From the NCBI GenBank assembly GCA_964291655.2, contig OZ219802.1, forward strand, positions 1,888,001 to 1,952,000: 64,000 bases of DNA, written 5' to 3'. The notes under the pieces were generated by a model. It was not told the DNA's origin, did not search any database, and saw only the letters and a list, made by a program, of their open reading frames with translations. This DNA comes from Chloroflexota bacterium. Its GTDB lineage: Bacteria; Chloroflexota; UBA11872; VXOZ01. Of this stretch, positions 10,423 to 21,342 are shown one piece after another; position 1 is the first letter of the stretch, and each line of letters starts with the position of its first letter. A program made the position numbers and the translations under genes.

Positions 10423-10522
10423 CCGCACGACATGTCGTGCCCATAGGGGCAAATCTCCCATCCTTGCAGGAGAACTTTGCTTAACGAGGCCCCGAGGAAA
10501 AACGTGTTGCCCCCGCTCCTTG

Positions 10523-10895
10523 GGAGACCTTTGCATAACCCCACTTTCAAGCAGGGGCACTCCCTCTCCTGGGGGAGAGGGTTGGGGTGAGGGGACGTCT
10601 CACTCTTCTAATCGCACAGCTTGTACAATCAATTCAATCCAGATCCAAACCGGTCAATCACCGGCTTGCATTTCGAGCAACTTCACCCTCACCCCCGTAT
10701 CAAGTACGTGGGGAAGGGGAGAATCCCCGCAACCCGGATAGTTCTCACCAGTCTTGCACATTTTCCGATTGGCCATAGCGGAGAAAGCGACCTGTACATG
10801 CTGCAATCTTCTCACCCCAACTCTCTGCCTGGGAGAGGGAGGAAGCCTTGCGCCGCCAGCCCTAATGGTGCTTAGGTCTCCCAGGGAGAGGGAAC
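10523..10895. repeat. CCCTCTCC-family REP cluster
   Basis: GGAGACCTTTGCATAACCCCACTTTCAAGCAGGGGCACTCCCTCTCC identical to the unit at ~9313; further GGGTGAGGG / CCCTCACCC and GGGAGAGGG motifs. Confidence 0.8.
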
Positions 10896-11038
10896 AACTG
10901 CTGCCGGGAAGACGGAGTGGTTGCCGGTGAGAAGGGGGATTCCCCTGCCGGAGAGAGGGTGTAAGGCTTGCGCCTTTGGCTGAGGCGATGCTACGGCCTC
11001 CCTCAAGGTGCGGGAATTCTCAAGGGAATGGCGGTCGG

Positions 11039-11746
11039 TTAGGAATCTGACCCAACGCGTTCCATGACAAAGCTTCCCCCGATGATGCCTACTCTGAACT
11101 TGCCTGAAATCACATCATCTTCCAACATACCGTCAAAGGTCAGTGGGGGGTCCTGGTCCGGGATCACGAAACGAATCCGGCCGTCCGGGAAGACTTCGGC
11201 GGTAAAGGCGAGGTTCTCGATCCGCCGCGAAGAAATGTCGAGCGTGCCGCGCAACTCGCCGTCCTCGACAATGAGTGTAGCGCTTACCGGGATATCAGAC
11301 CCAAGCACCCGAGCATTCCCCTCCCAGTCTCCGACAAGCGATGCTCCCGGGACATCCGGCGTCGGTGTCGGGATGGGTGTGGGAACGACAGTAGGTACTG
11401 GAATGGGGGTAAGCGCCGGCGATGGCGTCGGCGTGGAAGTAGCCGTTGGCGCAAGAGTCGGCGTCGCCGTCGGGGTTGGTGTGGGAGCTGCCGTCGGGAT
11501 TGGCGAAGGAGCCGCGGTTGGTATCGGCGTAGGTACTGCTGTTGGCTGCGGCGTAACGGGGCCTGGGTTAAACGGCCCGCACGTGCTCAACAACACGACA
11601 AGCATGCCGAGCGCACATGTTCGTATGAAGAGCAGCTTTGGTACCCGTAGATACCAAGCTTGTGGGCCGTGCCGCGTTGACGTCGAAAGCCGTGTTGAAT
11701 TCTTCAGAGCGATGCAACCAAGATGTAGTGAGAATGTACCTGCCAA
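11039..11746 (-). CDS. Pro/Thr-rich putative lipoprotein with C-terminal beta-rich domain (true start probably downstream of 11746)
   Basis: Hydrophobic [12 protein letters not shown] segment, long PT/PI linker, then LVGDWEG...ISGKFRVG domain. Confidence 0.6.
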   Translation of the reverse strand: MAGTFSLHLGCIALKNSTRLSTSTRHGPQAWYLRVPKLLFIRTCALGMLVVLLSTCGPFNPGPVTPQPTAVPTPIPTAAPSPIPTAAPTPTPTATPTLAPTATSTPTPSPALTPIPVPTVVPTPIPTPTPDVPGASLVGDWEGNARVLGSDIPVSATLIVEDGELRGTLDISSRRIENLAFTAEVFPDGRIRFVIPDQDPPLTFDGMLEDDVISGKFRVGIIGGSFVMERVGSDS

Positions 11747-11830
11747 TAGATCAACTATAGCGCACCCAATGGCACTCTTGGCTTGCCGCCAGCGGCTGAC
11801 CCCCAGTTTCTTAGGAATATCTTAATGTGG

Positions 11831-11858
11831 AGAAGGGCCGGCAGACGCCGGCCCTTCT
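11831..11858. terminator. Strong hairpin downstream of solute-binding protein gene
   Basis: AGAAGGGCCGGC-agac-GCCGGCCCTTCT perfect 12-bp stem 42 bp after the stop codon; no clear U-tract. Confidence 0.4.
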
Positions 11859-11899
11859 GTAATTTCCAGCTACCGAAAACGTGCCCCCTCCTCGCGTCA

Positions 11900-13312
11900 C
11901 TAGCCAGCAAGCGCCTCGTCCACCAGCGCCTGCATCGGCTGCTTCATGCCGCGCAGGGCCTCCTGGACTGTCACCTTGCCCTCGAAGAGGTCACCAAAGA
12001 TCGGAGTGATGAGCTGGTCGCGGATCTGGTTGTAGGCGGCGGAACGGAAGGAGCGCCCCGCCGGCACCGCGTATTGCAGCGCGTCGCGGTACACCTCCAG
12101 GCGCACCTCCGCCTGGAACTCTGCATCACCGTAGATGTTCTGGGCCCATTCGTCGAAGAAGTCCACGCGGTGGAAGCCGGTACCGCGTGAGATCGCCCAG
12201 TTGATAGTCTGGCTGCCCCACTTGATGAGCGCCCAACCGGCATCCGGCTGCTTGGAACCGACCACGATGCCGTTGCCGTCCAGGTTCAGGTGCGAGACAG
12301 GCTGTGCGCTGGTGCCTCGCACGACCGGGCTATAGACGAACGGCGCGCCGCGCTGAATCGCCTCCAGTATCATGAAGAAACCGCCGGGCGCGCTGCGCAA
12401 CATGGCGCCCCGCTCTTCGACGAATGCCGTCCTGACGTTGGTGCCAAAGAGGTCGTTCACCTGCCCCGGCTTGTCCACGGAGCGGTCCTGAATCGCCATG
12501 GTGAAGAAGCGCTCGTAAGCGTCCACGAGCGCGGGATCGTCGGAAGTCACCGTGCGGTTGTCATCGGCGATCCATTCCGTGTCGAAGAGGTTCGGCCAGT
12601 CGATGAAGAGGTAGACCGGGCTCGCGCCCAGCAAGCCGAACTGCGAAGTCTTGCCGCCGTCTTCCTTCGTCAGCAGCTTCATTTCAGAGGTAAAGCGGTC
12701 GAAGTCCCAGTCGGGGTCTGTCCAGTCGGTGGGTGGCAGGTTCAGACCGGCCTCTTCGTACATGCGCTTGTTGGTTGGCGACACGGGCCAGTCGCCGCCG
12801 GACTGGTTCGGCAGCGCGAACAGCTTGCCGTCGCGCCGGAACCACGCGTCCATGGCGGCTTCGGGGAAGGGACTGAGGTCGACCTGGTCCTTGGCGACCC
12901 GATCGTCGATGGCTTCCACCGCTCCGAGCGCTGTGAGCGCCGGGTCGGTGAGCCAGGCTACGTCGGGCGCTTGGCCGCCGGCCACGAGAGTCTGCAGGAA
13001 CTCACGCCGGTCGCCGGTCCAGATGATCCACTTCAGCGTAATGCCGGGGTTGTCGTTCTCAAACGGCTCCTTAACCAGCCCGTCGACGTTATCCAATTGG
13101 CGGCTGTTGTGGTGGGTGAGCCATTGCACTTCCACGGGTTCGGCCATGGCGGGTTTCTCTTCCTCCGCCTTGGCAGTCTCTTCCTCGGCCATCTCTCCGC
13201 CGGGTTCCATCGCCGCGGGCTGTCCGCACGCGGCGAACAAGAGACTGCCTGCGGAGAATGCGCCGACACCGCCGAGCAGGCGACGTCGCGAAAAACGATC
13301 TCGAATGTCCAC
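11900..13312 (-). CDS. ABC transporter extracellular solute-binding protein (family 1), Tat lipoprotein
   Basis: SRRRLL twin-arginine signal, lipobox FAACG, FENDNPGITLK, AGGQAPDV, DGKLFALP. Confidence 0.88.
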   Translation of the reverse strand: MDIRDRFSRRRLLGGVGAFSAGSLLFAACGQPAAMEPGGEMAEEETAKAEEEKPAMAEPVEVQWLTHHNSRQLDNVDGLVKEPFENDNPGITLKWIIWTGDRREFLQTLVAGGQAPDVAWLTDPALTALGAVEAIDDRVAKDQVDLSPFPEAAMDAWFRRDGKLFALPNQSGGDWPVSPTNKRMYEEAGLNLPPTDWTDPDWDFDRFTSEMKLLTKEDGGKTSQFGLLGASPVYLFIDWPNLFDTEWIADDNRTVTSDDPALVDAYERFFTMAIQDRSVDKPGQVNDLFGTNVRTAFVEERGAMLRSAPGGFFMILEAIQRGAPFVYSPVVRGTSAQPVSHLNLDGNGIVVGSKQPDAGWALIKWGSQTINWAISRGTGFHRVDFFDEWAQNIYGDAEFQAEVRLEVYRDALQYAVPAGRSFRSAAYNQIRDQLITPIFGDLFEGKVTVQEALRGMKQPMQALVDEALAG

Positions 13313-13575
13313 TCTTCACTCTCCTTCGTTTGGAGCAAACCTGAAGTCACGTAGATCTTTGCCTCGTAGGGCCGCAGAGACTTCTCCTCCTTTCCGTAAG
13401 TGTCAAGTCTAACAATCTTAAATTATGCTTGTTAAAGGTGATTCGTCAAGCTCTACGGGGAGCAATAGTGTTGATTATCCCGGTATCGTGTAAGAGCGCA
13501 CGTCTGCGGCTACAATGTCTATATGAATGTATGAACTCTCTATGTTTGGGAAGAGTGTAGTAAGGAGCATGCCCC

Positions 13576-14454
13576 GTGAATGAGCGTTCCGCCCAACTAC
13601 GGGCTTTGATCGAGCGACCCGGCATTGTCGTCTTGCCCGGCGCGTATGACTGCTTGAGCGCGCGTCTCGCGGAGCAAGCCGGTTTCGAGACCGTTTTTAC
13701 GACCGGCTTCGGCTTCGCCGCCAGCGCGCTCGGCGTACCGGACCTCGGCTTGATGACTGCCAGCGAGATTCTGGACCGCGTACACAACATCGTGAACAGC
13801 GTGAACGTGCCCCTCGTCGCGGACATGGATACCGGTTACGGCAATCCGCTGAACGTCATCCGTACCGTGAGCGAGTGCGTGGCGCAGGGCGTGGCCGGCA
13901 TAATCTTGGAAGACCAGGAGTGGCCGAAGAAGTGCGGCCACCTGGAAGGCAAGCGCGTGATCCCTATGGAAGACCACGTGCAAAAGCTGCGCGCCGCGGT
14001 GGACGCCCGGGGCGATTCCGGCCTGGTGATCATCGCCCGCACCGATGCGCGCGCAGTGCTGGGTCTGGATGATGCCCTTGAACGCGGTCAGGCCTATTAC
14101 GAAGCCGGCGCCGACGTGGTCTTCATCGAAGCGCCCCAGTCGCTGGAGGAACTGCACGCTATCGCCGCAGCATTTCCTACCGCGCCGCTCTTCGCCAACA
14201 TGATCGAAGGCGGCAAGACGCCCGTCCTCTCACCCGCTGAACTCGCCGAGATTGGCTTCAAGATCGTGGTCTATCCGCTTTCGAGTCTCTTCTCCGCGGC
14301 GCGCGCCATGCAGCACGTCTATAAGGCGCTCAAAGAGCACGGCACGACCGGCACCATCACCGATATGACCACCCTGGATGAATTCACGGAGTGCGTGAAC
14401 GTGGACCAGTTCCGCGCCTGGGAGAAGCAATTCGCCACACCGGGTAGCGGTTGA
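13576..14454 (+). CDS. Isocitrate lyase / PEP mutase superfamily enzyme (methylisocitrate lyase-like)
   Basis: PGAYDCLSARL, ADMDTGYG, LEDQEWPKKCGH, IIARTDA, ANMIEGGKTP; RBS AAGGAG. Confidence 0.9.
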   Translation: MNERSAQLRALIERPGIVVLPGAYDCLSARLAEQAGFETVFTTGFGFAASALGVPDLGLMTASEILDRVHNIVNSVNVPLVADMDTGYGNPLNVIRTVSECVAQGVAGIILEDQEWPKKCGHLEGKRVIPMEDHVQKLRAAVDARGDSGLVIIARTDARAVLGLDDALERGQAYYEAGADVVFIEAPQSLEELHAIAAAFPTAPLFANMIEGGKTPVLSPAELAEIGFKIVVYPLSSLFSAARAMQHVYKALKEHGTTGTITDMTTLDEFTECVNVDQFRAWEKQFATPGSG

Positions 14455-14925
14455 CGGCAGACTTCCGCCCAAGACAGCAGCCGCGCCCACATCGTGCCGA
14501 GGCAGGACCGACCCATCTCACGAGAAATACACACGGCGGTAGGGCTTGTGGTAAAATCATACTCCAGAATGTAGCGGCATCTTGCCGTTACGAATCAGAT
14601 ATGGTACGGGATGTTCCTCTGCACGTGCCGCGTGCAGGTTGCGCTCCCCGGCACTGTACAGCACACTTCTGACGGCTAACTCGTTGCTTGCAAGACGGCA
14701 TGTTTTAGACCGGCATTGGTGGGCTGCGCGAGTCCCCGTACATCCGGCAGTAGTCTGCATACTTGGCTAAACTCGTGCCAGCAATCTATTACGCAAACAC
14801 AAACGCCGCACCGGCATCTCAGAGCCGCGCCTTGCACACAAGCGCATATGCAAGCCAATATAGCTTGATCGCACCGGCCGGTGTATCCAGTAACACCTTT
14901 GTCACCCACGCGAGACCGTGAGACC

Positions 14926-15354
14926 ATGCGCCTCCCCAATGACCGGACGTCAGCACGCGTAACCAAGTACGTGCTCCTCATTGCGGGATTAGTCATTGCG
15001 GCCACGTTGACCGGATTTCCGGCGCGCGTGCTCAATAGCTATGAAGTCAACCAGCGGGTCCTGGCGCTGGAGCAGCGCCTGGCCGCGCGCCAAGCTGAGA
15101 ATGAATCCCTGCAACACGAGCTGGCGCGCCGCCACACGGAGGCGTACATCCGCACGATGGCCAAAGAGCGTCTGGGATTGGTGGAGCCGGGTGAAGAGCT
15201 GGTGCTATTGCCCCTGGATGGGGAGCGTCCGGATTCCGCCATGGAAAAAACCAGCGTTCCTGTCAAAGACCTGTTGATTTCCGATACACCGTACGATGCG
15301 GAATGGGGGTACTTTTTGGAATGGGTTGCGCTGCTCAAGCGCAATTTCACATGA
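14926..15354 (+). CDS. Septum formation initiator (DivIC/FtsB family)
   Basis: Single TM segment, coiled coil, then YIRTMAKERLGLVEPGE signature. Confidence 0.8.
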   Translation: MRLPNDRTSARVTKYVLLIAGLVIAATLTGFPARVLNSYEVNQRVLALEQRLAARQAENESLQHELARRHTEAYIRTMAKERLGLVEPGEELVLLPLDGERPDSAMEKTSVPVKDLLISDTPYDAEWGYFLEWVALLKRNFT

Positions 15355-15803
15355 AGGATCACATACGAGATATGGACGTTCGCATCAAACGCATCGATCC
15401 CACGCTCCCGCTGCCCCGTTACGCCACCGCCGGGGCAGTTGCTTTTGATTTGTGCGCCCGCGCGAGCGTGACTATCGCGCCGCAAGCAACCTCTCGCGTA
15501 CCCTGCAACGTGGTGATTGAGGTGCCGCCGGGATACGCGCTTGTGGTGGCGAGCCGCAGCAGCACGCCGGTGCGCAAGGGCCTGCTGAAAGCGAACGGTA
15601 TCGGCATCATCGACCAGGACTACTGCGGTGATACCGACGAGATCCAAGCCCTCTTCTATAACGTGACGTCCGCGCCGGTAACCGTGGAGCGCGGCGAACG
15701 GATCGCCCAGGCGTTGCTTATCCCAGTTCCGCGCGTCACGTGGGAAGAGGTGGCAAGTCTTGACACTGAAGACCGCGGCGGCTTTGGCAGCACCGGCGTC
15801 TAG
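15351..15803 (+). CDS. dut: dUTP diphosphatase
   Basis: AVAFDL, ASRSS, GIIDQDYCG, GERIAQ, RGGFGSTG motifs; ATG overlaps upstream stop (ATGA); alternative start 15372. Confidence 0.93.
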   Translation: MKDHIRDMDVRIKRIDPTLPLPRYATAGAVAFDLCARASVTIAPQATSRVPCNVVIEVPPGYALVVASRSSTPVRKGLLKANGIGIIDQDYCGDTDEIQALFYNVTSAPVTVERGERIAQALLIPVPRVTWEEVASLDTEDRGGFGSTGV

Positions 15804-15958
15804 CTGAAGTGCCGTTGCCTAGCAACGGAATGTCTCTCTCTACGCCGTTCTTCCTTCGACAAGCTCAGGACGAACGGATTATTTTTCCGGGCTCCGCACG
15901 TGTGACCGTTAGATTGTTTCCACGCTCGCGTCGGCAAACCGGCACGCCTCGCCTGGAC

Positions 15959-16225
15959 TGTAAGTGTTGAGTAAATCGTTGACAGAATACGCTTTCCCGT
16001 AGAAAGCGCTACAAGGCCTTGTCATTCCGAGCGTAGCGTCGAACACTGTTCGCGGAATCTAGGGTCCCTGCTCAACACACTTTCACGGCCTCAGCACTCT
16101 AGATTCCGCGCTAAGAGCGTCACTCCGCTACGCTCCGTTCGGAATGACATGTATGTAGGCGAACACAGAGTTCTGCTCCCATGTTTCTTCTACCAATTCT
16201 GTCAACGAATTACCTGACATCTACA
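15959..16225 (+). mobile_element. MITE family B copy 3 (267 bp)
   Basis: Ends TGTAAGTGTTGAGTAAATCGTTGACAGA / TCTGTCAACGAATTACCTGACATCTACA; 5-bp TSD TGGAC at 15954-15958 and 16226-16230. Confidence 0.87.
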
Positions 16226-16376
16226 TGGACGACACACTGCATCCCTGTGGTTACGCCGGGCAACTTGCCCGGTGAACAACGCATCTCTCGTAGGACATGT
16301 GGCTGAAGCTCTACAGCGTGCGCGCCTGGGGTACCATGATCACATGATGTACCAAGATCGAACTGCGGAGGCGGCG

Positions 16377-17909
16377 GTGAGTGGGGTGAATAAACCAAGG
16401 CCGCCGCGCGATCCGTTGCTGGATACTGTAGCGCAGACCATTGCCAGCCATGACCTGCTACCCAGTGGCAGCAGGATTGTCGTGGCCGTGTCCGGCGGGG
16501 CGGATTCCATCGCTCTGCTCGACGCCCTGCAACAGCTTGCGCCGGGTCACCGCTGGCACCTCCACGTGGCACACGTGAATCACCAGCTCCGAGGCGCAGA
16601 ATCTGACGCGGACGCCGCGCTTGTTGCGCAATTTGCCGCGCGCGCAGGTTTGCCCTGCACGGTACGATCAATCGATGTCGCGCGGGCGCAGCAAGACCAC
16701 GCCTCACCGGAGAACACCGCCCGGCGGCTGCGCTACCGGCAGCTTGCCGCAATCGCCCGGCAAGCGGAAGCGCGCTACATTGCCCTAGCCCACCACCAGA
16801 ACGATCAAGCCGAGACCGTATTGCTCCATCTGCTGCGGGGCAGCGGTCCGGGCGGCCTTGCCGGCATGCGCTACGCGAGCCCGCTGCTGCTTACCGATGA
16901 TGCTGTGCCGGGTCCAGCTAACGTTGCCAGCGCTCGAGAAGACCGGCAGGAGGCGTACCATCCGCCTGACCCTACCATCACCCTGGTGCGACCACTGCTG
17001 AACGTAGCGCGCGCCGACATCCGCGCCTATTGCACCCACCGGGAACTGGCGTTTCGCGAAGACAGCAGTAATGAGACCACCACGCCGCAGCGGAACTGGC
17101 TGCGCCATGAAGTGCTCCCATTGCTCGAGACGCGTTACCCCGCAGCAGCGCGCACGCTGGCCCGCGCCGCCCGCGTATTCGAGGAAGACTCTGCGTATTT
17201 GAATGCATTGGCTGAAGACTGGTTACATCGGCATTCTCAGCGGCAGACAGACGGTGTGCTTTTCGCTCGCTCCCCGTGGCTCGCTCAGCCGCCCGCCTTG
17301 CAAGCGGCAGTGTTGCGCTCCGCCGTGGCGCGTGTGGTGGGGCACGTTCAAGGGCTGGAATACGCGCACGTCATTAGTGCGCGCGAGGTGCTGCGTCAGG
17401 ACAAGACCGGCGTCGCAAGTCCGCTTCCCGGCGGTTTGCTGTGCCGTGCCGAGCATGACGGCATCTGGATCGGATATGCGCCTGCGCCAGCATTCTTCCC
17501 GCCGATCACGCTCGCCGTACCCGGCCGCACGGAGATTGCGCAGCTCGGCTGCGCCATTCACGCCGCGCTGGTTAGACCAAGCGAGGTAGACTTCCACACC
17601 GGAACTATCGGTGAGGTCGCCTGGATCGACGCCGGACAGGCGGCCGGAGTTCTCAAGGTGCGGACGCGCCTGCCCGGCGACCGTTTCGTGCCGCTGGGCA
17701 TGACCGGCGAGAAGAAACTCCAGGACTTCCTGGTGGATGCTCGGGTGCCGGCGCGTCTGCGGGACCTTGTGCCGCTCATCGTTACAGAGAATAATGCTAT
17801 CGTTTGGGTCGCGGGACACCGCAGCGACGCCCGCTATCGCATCACCGATGAGACGCGGCATGTAATTCAGTTGCGCCTTGAATCATTGCCTGCGGAGAAC
17901 CTTACGTGA
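16377..17909 (+). CDS. tilS: tRNA(Ile)-lysidine synthase
   Basis: VAVSGGADS PP-loop, AHVNHQLRG, ARRLRY, AHHQNDQAETVL, LVRPLL, REDSSN, C-terminal GDRF...KKLQDF; start placed at GTG 16377 after GGAGG. Confidence 0.94.
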   Translation: MSGVNKPRPPRDPLLDTVAQTIASHDLLPSGSRIVVAVSGGADSIALLDALQQLAPGHRWHLHVAHVNHQLRGAESDADAALVAQFAARAGLPCTVRSIDVARAQQDHASPENTARRLRYRQLAAIARQAEARYIALAHHQNDQAETVLLHLLRGSGPGGLAGMRYASPLLLTDDAVPGPANVASAREDRQEAYHPPDPTITLVRPLLNVARADIRAYCTHRELAFREDSSNETTTPQRNWLRHEVLPLLETRYPAAARTLARAARVFEEDSAYLNALAEDWLHRHSQRQTDGVLFARSPWLAQPPALQAAVLRSAVARVVGHVQGLEYAHVISAREVLRQDKTGVASPLPGGLLCRAEHDGIWIGYAPAPAFFPPITLAVPGRTEIAQLGCAIHAALVRPSEVDFHTGTIGEVAWIDAGQAAGVLKVRTRLPGDRFVPLGMTGEKKLQDFLVDARVPARLRDLVPLIVTENNAIVWVAGHRSDARYRITDETRHVIQLRLESLPAENLT

Positions 17910-18012
17910 GCGGTGCCTTCAAGTCCGCACTCAAGGTCAATCCCCTCTCCTGGGGAGATTCTTGCGTTACTCATCTGCAGGCGAGTAAACCTCCCTCTCC
18001 CTGGGGAGAGGG

Positions 18013-19299
18013 TGTATAGACCTGACACATAGTTTACAGGTGTACGAGGACATACTTTACACATGAGTTGGTATTTCTACACGGGGCAGAGGTCCGCGCA
18101 GGTTCAGCTCTGCTATGTGGTGGGTCATGAACCACACACTCCACACGCCGTCACTGGTGGTTGGTCTCAGGCCGATGTGGCAACCCACAAACGCCTTGCC
18201 GACGCGGAACTCTCGTCCCTGAAAGTTGACCCAACCTTCCGCCATCACCTTGCGCGTCTCGTCGCCGTCGCCATACGTGATCGGGGGGAGTTCCTCGGGG
18301 AAGGAGCGGCGGCTCGGCGCGTAGCGGCTCAGGGGCGTTGCCATGTGGAGGGCCTGGTGCGGTCGTTCCAGGTTGTAGACGTCCCGCCAGCGGTCCAGGG
18401 CCGCTTGGCAGGTCGCGAGGTCGGCGAACCGCCTGCCTTGCAGCGCCTCAGCCTGCAAGGTGCGGTGGAACCGCTCCTCTTTGCCCTGGGTCTGCGGATG
18501 GTAGGGGCGACCATGGCTCACCGACACGCCCAGCCGCAGCAGCCAGACGGTAAGCCTGGTGTACGGGTGCGCGGCATTGCTGCCCCACGGCGACCCGTTG
18601 TCCATCAGCATACGCGCCGGCAGTCCGTAGCGGCGAAAGGCACTCGTCAGACATGCCCGCACCGTGTCTGCCCGCTCGTCCCCACAGGCCCACAGACCCA
18701 CGGCGAAGCGGGAGTGGTCGTCCAAGACGGTGAGCGGGTGGCAGCGCCCGGCGTCCACGGCGAAGTGACCCTTGTAGTCCATCTGCCACAGGTCGTTGGG
18801 ATACGGGTGTTCAAAGCGCTGCCAGTCCCGGTGCGTTCGCTCCACCGGGTCGATGAGATCGTGCCGATGGAGGATGTTGGTGATGGCGCTGGGGCTGGGA
18901 ACCACCGTGTGACCGGCGTTCAGCAGTGCGTGGTGGAGCTTGCGACCGCCCCACGCCGGGTGGCGCTTGCGCAGTTCTACCACGACCGCCTCCACCGCAG
19001 ATGGCGTGCGCCGCGGCGAGTGGTGCGGCCGACGCGAGCGGGACGTGAAGGCCTCTTCCCCCTCTTCGGCGTAACGATGCAGCAAGGCATAGCCAGTGGG
19101 CGGCGAGATCGCAAAGCGTCGACACAACGCGCGTATGTTCGCCCCCGGCGCTCGCGCCAAAGCGACGAATTCGCGCTTAGCATCCACAGCAGTACTCTCC
19201 TTCCAAGGCATGAGGCACCTCCTTCTTTACTCAGAAAGAGTGCCATACTGTGTAAAGTATGTCTGCGCACACCCGTTAAGTATCTCTCTGGTCTATACA
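18013..19299 (-). mobile_element. Complete IS481-family insertion sequence (1287 bp)
   Basis: ~49-bp imperfect IRs starting TGTATAGACC at both ends; 6-bp TSD AGAGGG at 18007-18012 and 19300-19305; single transposase ORF. Confidence 0.93.
18057..19211 (-). CDS. IS481-family DDE transposase
   Basis: MPWKE N-terminus, HTH, PNDLWQMDYKG, LDDHSRF, MDNGSPW, HPQTQGKEERFHRTL, YNLERPHQAL. Confidence 0.95.
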   Translation of the reverse strand: MPWKESTAVDAKREFVALARAPGANIRALCRRFAISPPTGYALLHRYAEEGEEAFTSRSRRPHHSPRRTPSAVEAVVVELRKRHPAWGGRKLHHALLNAGHTVVPSPSAITNILHRHDLIDPVERTHRDWQRFEHPYPNDLWQMDYKGHFAVDAGRCHPLTVLDDHSRFAVGLWACGDERADTVRACLTSAFRRYGLPARMLMDNGSPWGSNAAHPYTRLTVWLLRLGVSVSHGRPYHPQTQGKEERFHRTLQAEALQGRRFADLATCQAALDRWRDVYNLERPHQALHMATPLSRYAPSRRSFPEELPPITYGDGDETRKVMAEGWVNFQGREFRVGKAFVGCHIGLRPTTSDGVWSVWFMTHHIAELNLRGPLPRVEIPTHV

Positions 19300-19665
19300 A
19301 GAGGGTCGGGGTGAGGGGGTTATTTGCTACAATGGCCCTTTGCGTTGTGCAGCGTCAAGATGTATCAGAGTAGAATCGGTATGCATGTGGTGAGATTTCA
19401 GGAGATTCACCCTTACCCCCGTATCACGTACGGCGCAGGCTCTCGCCCTCTCCCGCCGAGAAAAACTTAGCGTAACTCCGTCATTCCGGCGAACGCCGGA
19501 ATCCAGAGCGCCCTTACAACTAAAGCTAGCATGATGTCAGGTCATTTCACCCCCATCCCAACCTTTCCCCTCAAAGGTGAAGGGTTATGCAAGAGTCTCC
19601 GTCGAGGGAGAGGGAACTCACTCGCATCCGTTAGGTTTCGCAGAGGGTCTCCTGGGCGAGAGGAC
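19300..19665. repeat. REP/MITE mosaic
   Basis: GGGTGAGGG and CCCTCTCCC motifs, CGTCATTCCGGCGAACGCCGGAATCC at 19479; 19484-19599 is homologous to the reverse complement of 42213-42329. Confidence 0.75.
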
Positions 19666-19707
19666 TAGAGTAAAAGCGAATCATCAATTGCCAATGGAAA
19701 ATCTAGC

Positions 19708-20751
19708 GTGAGCAGTGAACACTTTATGCGTAACGCAGGCCGCCAAAAGCGGGGCAACCGCGAGGTGCGCGAATCCGACGCACAGTCGGCAAATATTACC
19801 GCGCCAGAAAGTACCATCGCGGCTCCAGACTCGCCTTTGTCCGCCGACACGCGGCCCGCAACAGCCCAAGGTTCAGTGATCTCCGTTGCCGGCGCGCTGC
19901 TGCGTTCCACCCGTCCCCAGCAGTGGGTCAAGAATGTTCTCGTCTTTGCGGGTGTCATCTTTTCCCAGCAACTCACAGACGCCGATGCTGTGCAGTCCAG
20001 CGTGCTGACGTTCGGTCTCTTCGTGCTCGCGAGCGGCGGCATCTATCTCGTAAACGACATGCTCGATCTGGAAGCAGACCGCGCGCATCCGCTGAAACGG
20101 CGGCGTCCGCTGGCGGCGGGAGAAGTGCCGCTGCGCGCCGCCGTGGTCGCCGCCGTCGTCCTGCTGGGCGGCGCACTCATCGGTGCCTTCTTCATGCAGC
20201 TTGCGCTCGGGGCGATCCTGGCGCTCTATGTCGGCATGAATCTCGCCTACAGCGCGTGGTTGAAACACGTGATATTGCTGGACGTGTGCATAATTGCGTC
20301 CGGCTTCCTGCTGCGGGCAGCCGCGGGCGTCGTGGCCGTGCTTACGCCCATTTCACCTTGGCTCTACCTCTGCACGCTGCTGGCGGCACTGCTGATCATT
20401 CTGGGCAAGCGTCGCAGCGAACTGGCGCTGCTTGGCACTCAGGCCGCGGCCCACCGCCGCAATCTGGCGCGCTACACTACGGCGTCGCTCGACCGCTGGC
20501 TGAAACGCGTCGCCGTGACGACCGCAGCCGCGTATGTGCTCTATACGCTCTTTTCGCCCGCCACGTTCGGCAATCCGAAACTCATCGCCACGGTGCCCTT
20601 CGTCGTCTTCGGCTTGGTTCGCTACCTGCGCATAGCACGCGCGCCCGGCGGAGCCGAAAGCCCCGAGGCGCTGCTGGTCCGCGATCCCTGGCTGCTCGCC
20701 AGCGTCGTCCTCTGGGGCGCCACCGTGCTCGTGCTTTTGTATTTCGTATAG
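19708..20751 (+). CDS. UbiA-family prenyltransferase (decaprenyl-phosphate phosphoribosyltransferase-like)
   Basis: RPQQWVKNVLVF, YLVNDMLDLEADRAHPLKRRRPLAAG, AYSAWLKH, GKRRSEL; multiple TM helices; start uncertain. Confidence 0.88.
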   Translation: MSSEHFMRNAGRQKRGNREVRESDAQSANITAPESTIAAPDSPLSADTRPATAQGSVISVAGALLRSTRPQQWVKNVLVFAGVIFSQQLTDADAVQSSVLTFGLFVLASGGIYLVNDMLDLEADRAHPLKRRRPLAAGEVPLRAAVVAAVVLLGGALIGAFFMQLALGAILALYVGMNLAYSAWLKHVILLDVCIIASGFLLRAAAGVVAVLTPISPWLYLCTLLAALLIILGKRRSELALLGTQAAAHRRNLARYTTASLDRWLKRVAVTTAAAYVLYTLFSPATFGNPKLIATVPFVVFGLVRYLRIARAPGGAESPEALLVRDPWLLASVVLWGATVLVLLYFV

Positions 20752-21342
20752 GCCCCACTTGGCGCCTCTGTCGCTGTTGGCATGTCAAACTTGAATCCCC
20801 TAGGACTCACTGAGTGACAAGCGGAGGGTTTCCCCGCAAGGTAGCAGCTCAGCACACGGTAGAGTAAAGCCGCAAAGTGCCGTCATTTGTATGTTGAAAA
20901 TGGCGGACATATGAGCGAATGTACGTGGGTAACGCAAGGGGCGCGTTGTCCGTCATTCCCAAGCTAGGGGCGCGTTGTCCGTCATTCCCGCGCACGCGGG
21001 AATCCATCTTCTCCGGGGCATGTCAAAGAAGATCAGAATTGAGACGTGTAGCGCGGGGGCTTGTCCCCCGCTCTTTGCGCAAGAATCACGCACATGGCCC
21101 GACTTTCCCCAGCTAATCAAGGGATCGAGAAGCCTTGTGCCGGGAAATTGTGTTGCCGCTCCACTTTCGTCCTGTTCAGCAGAGAAACTCGACAGCGACG
21201 TGACGCCAATACCGACTGCAGTCCGTCATTCTCCTCCGGGGACAAAGACTTCACGCGCCAACTTCTTTGCTTCAACAGCCCAGGAGCGTATCCTTCGTGG
21301 CACAATTACAGTGACCCCGAATCCAATAGGACTATCGCACCC

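Noticed and set aside
16885-16985. ~30-aa extra loop in TilS as another REP insertion
   Set aside because: No match to any of the palindrome families seen; this loop is length-variable among TilS proteins.
18063-19373. Long antisense ORFs (e.g. 18063-19373, 3574-4644, 12290-13354, 23727-24890, 56515-57738)
   Set aside because: Opposite-strand shadows of well-supported genes, expected in GC-rich DNA; no recognisable motifs.
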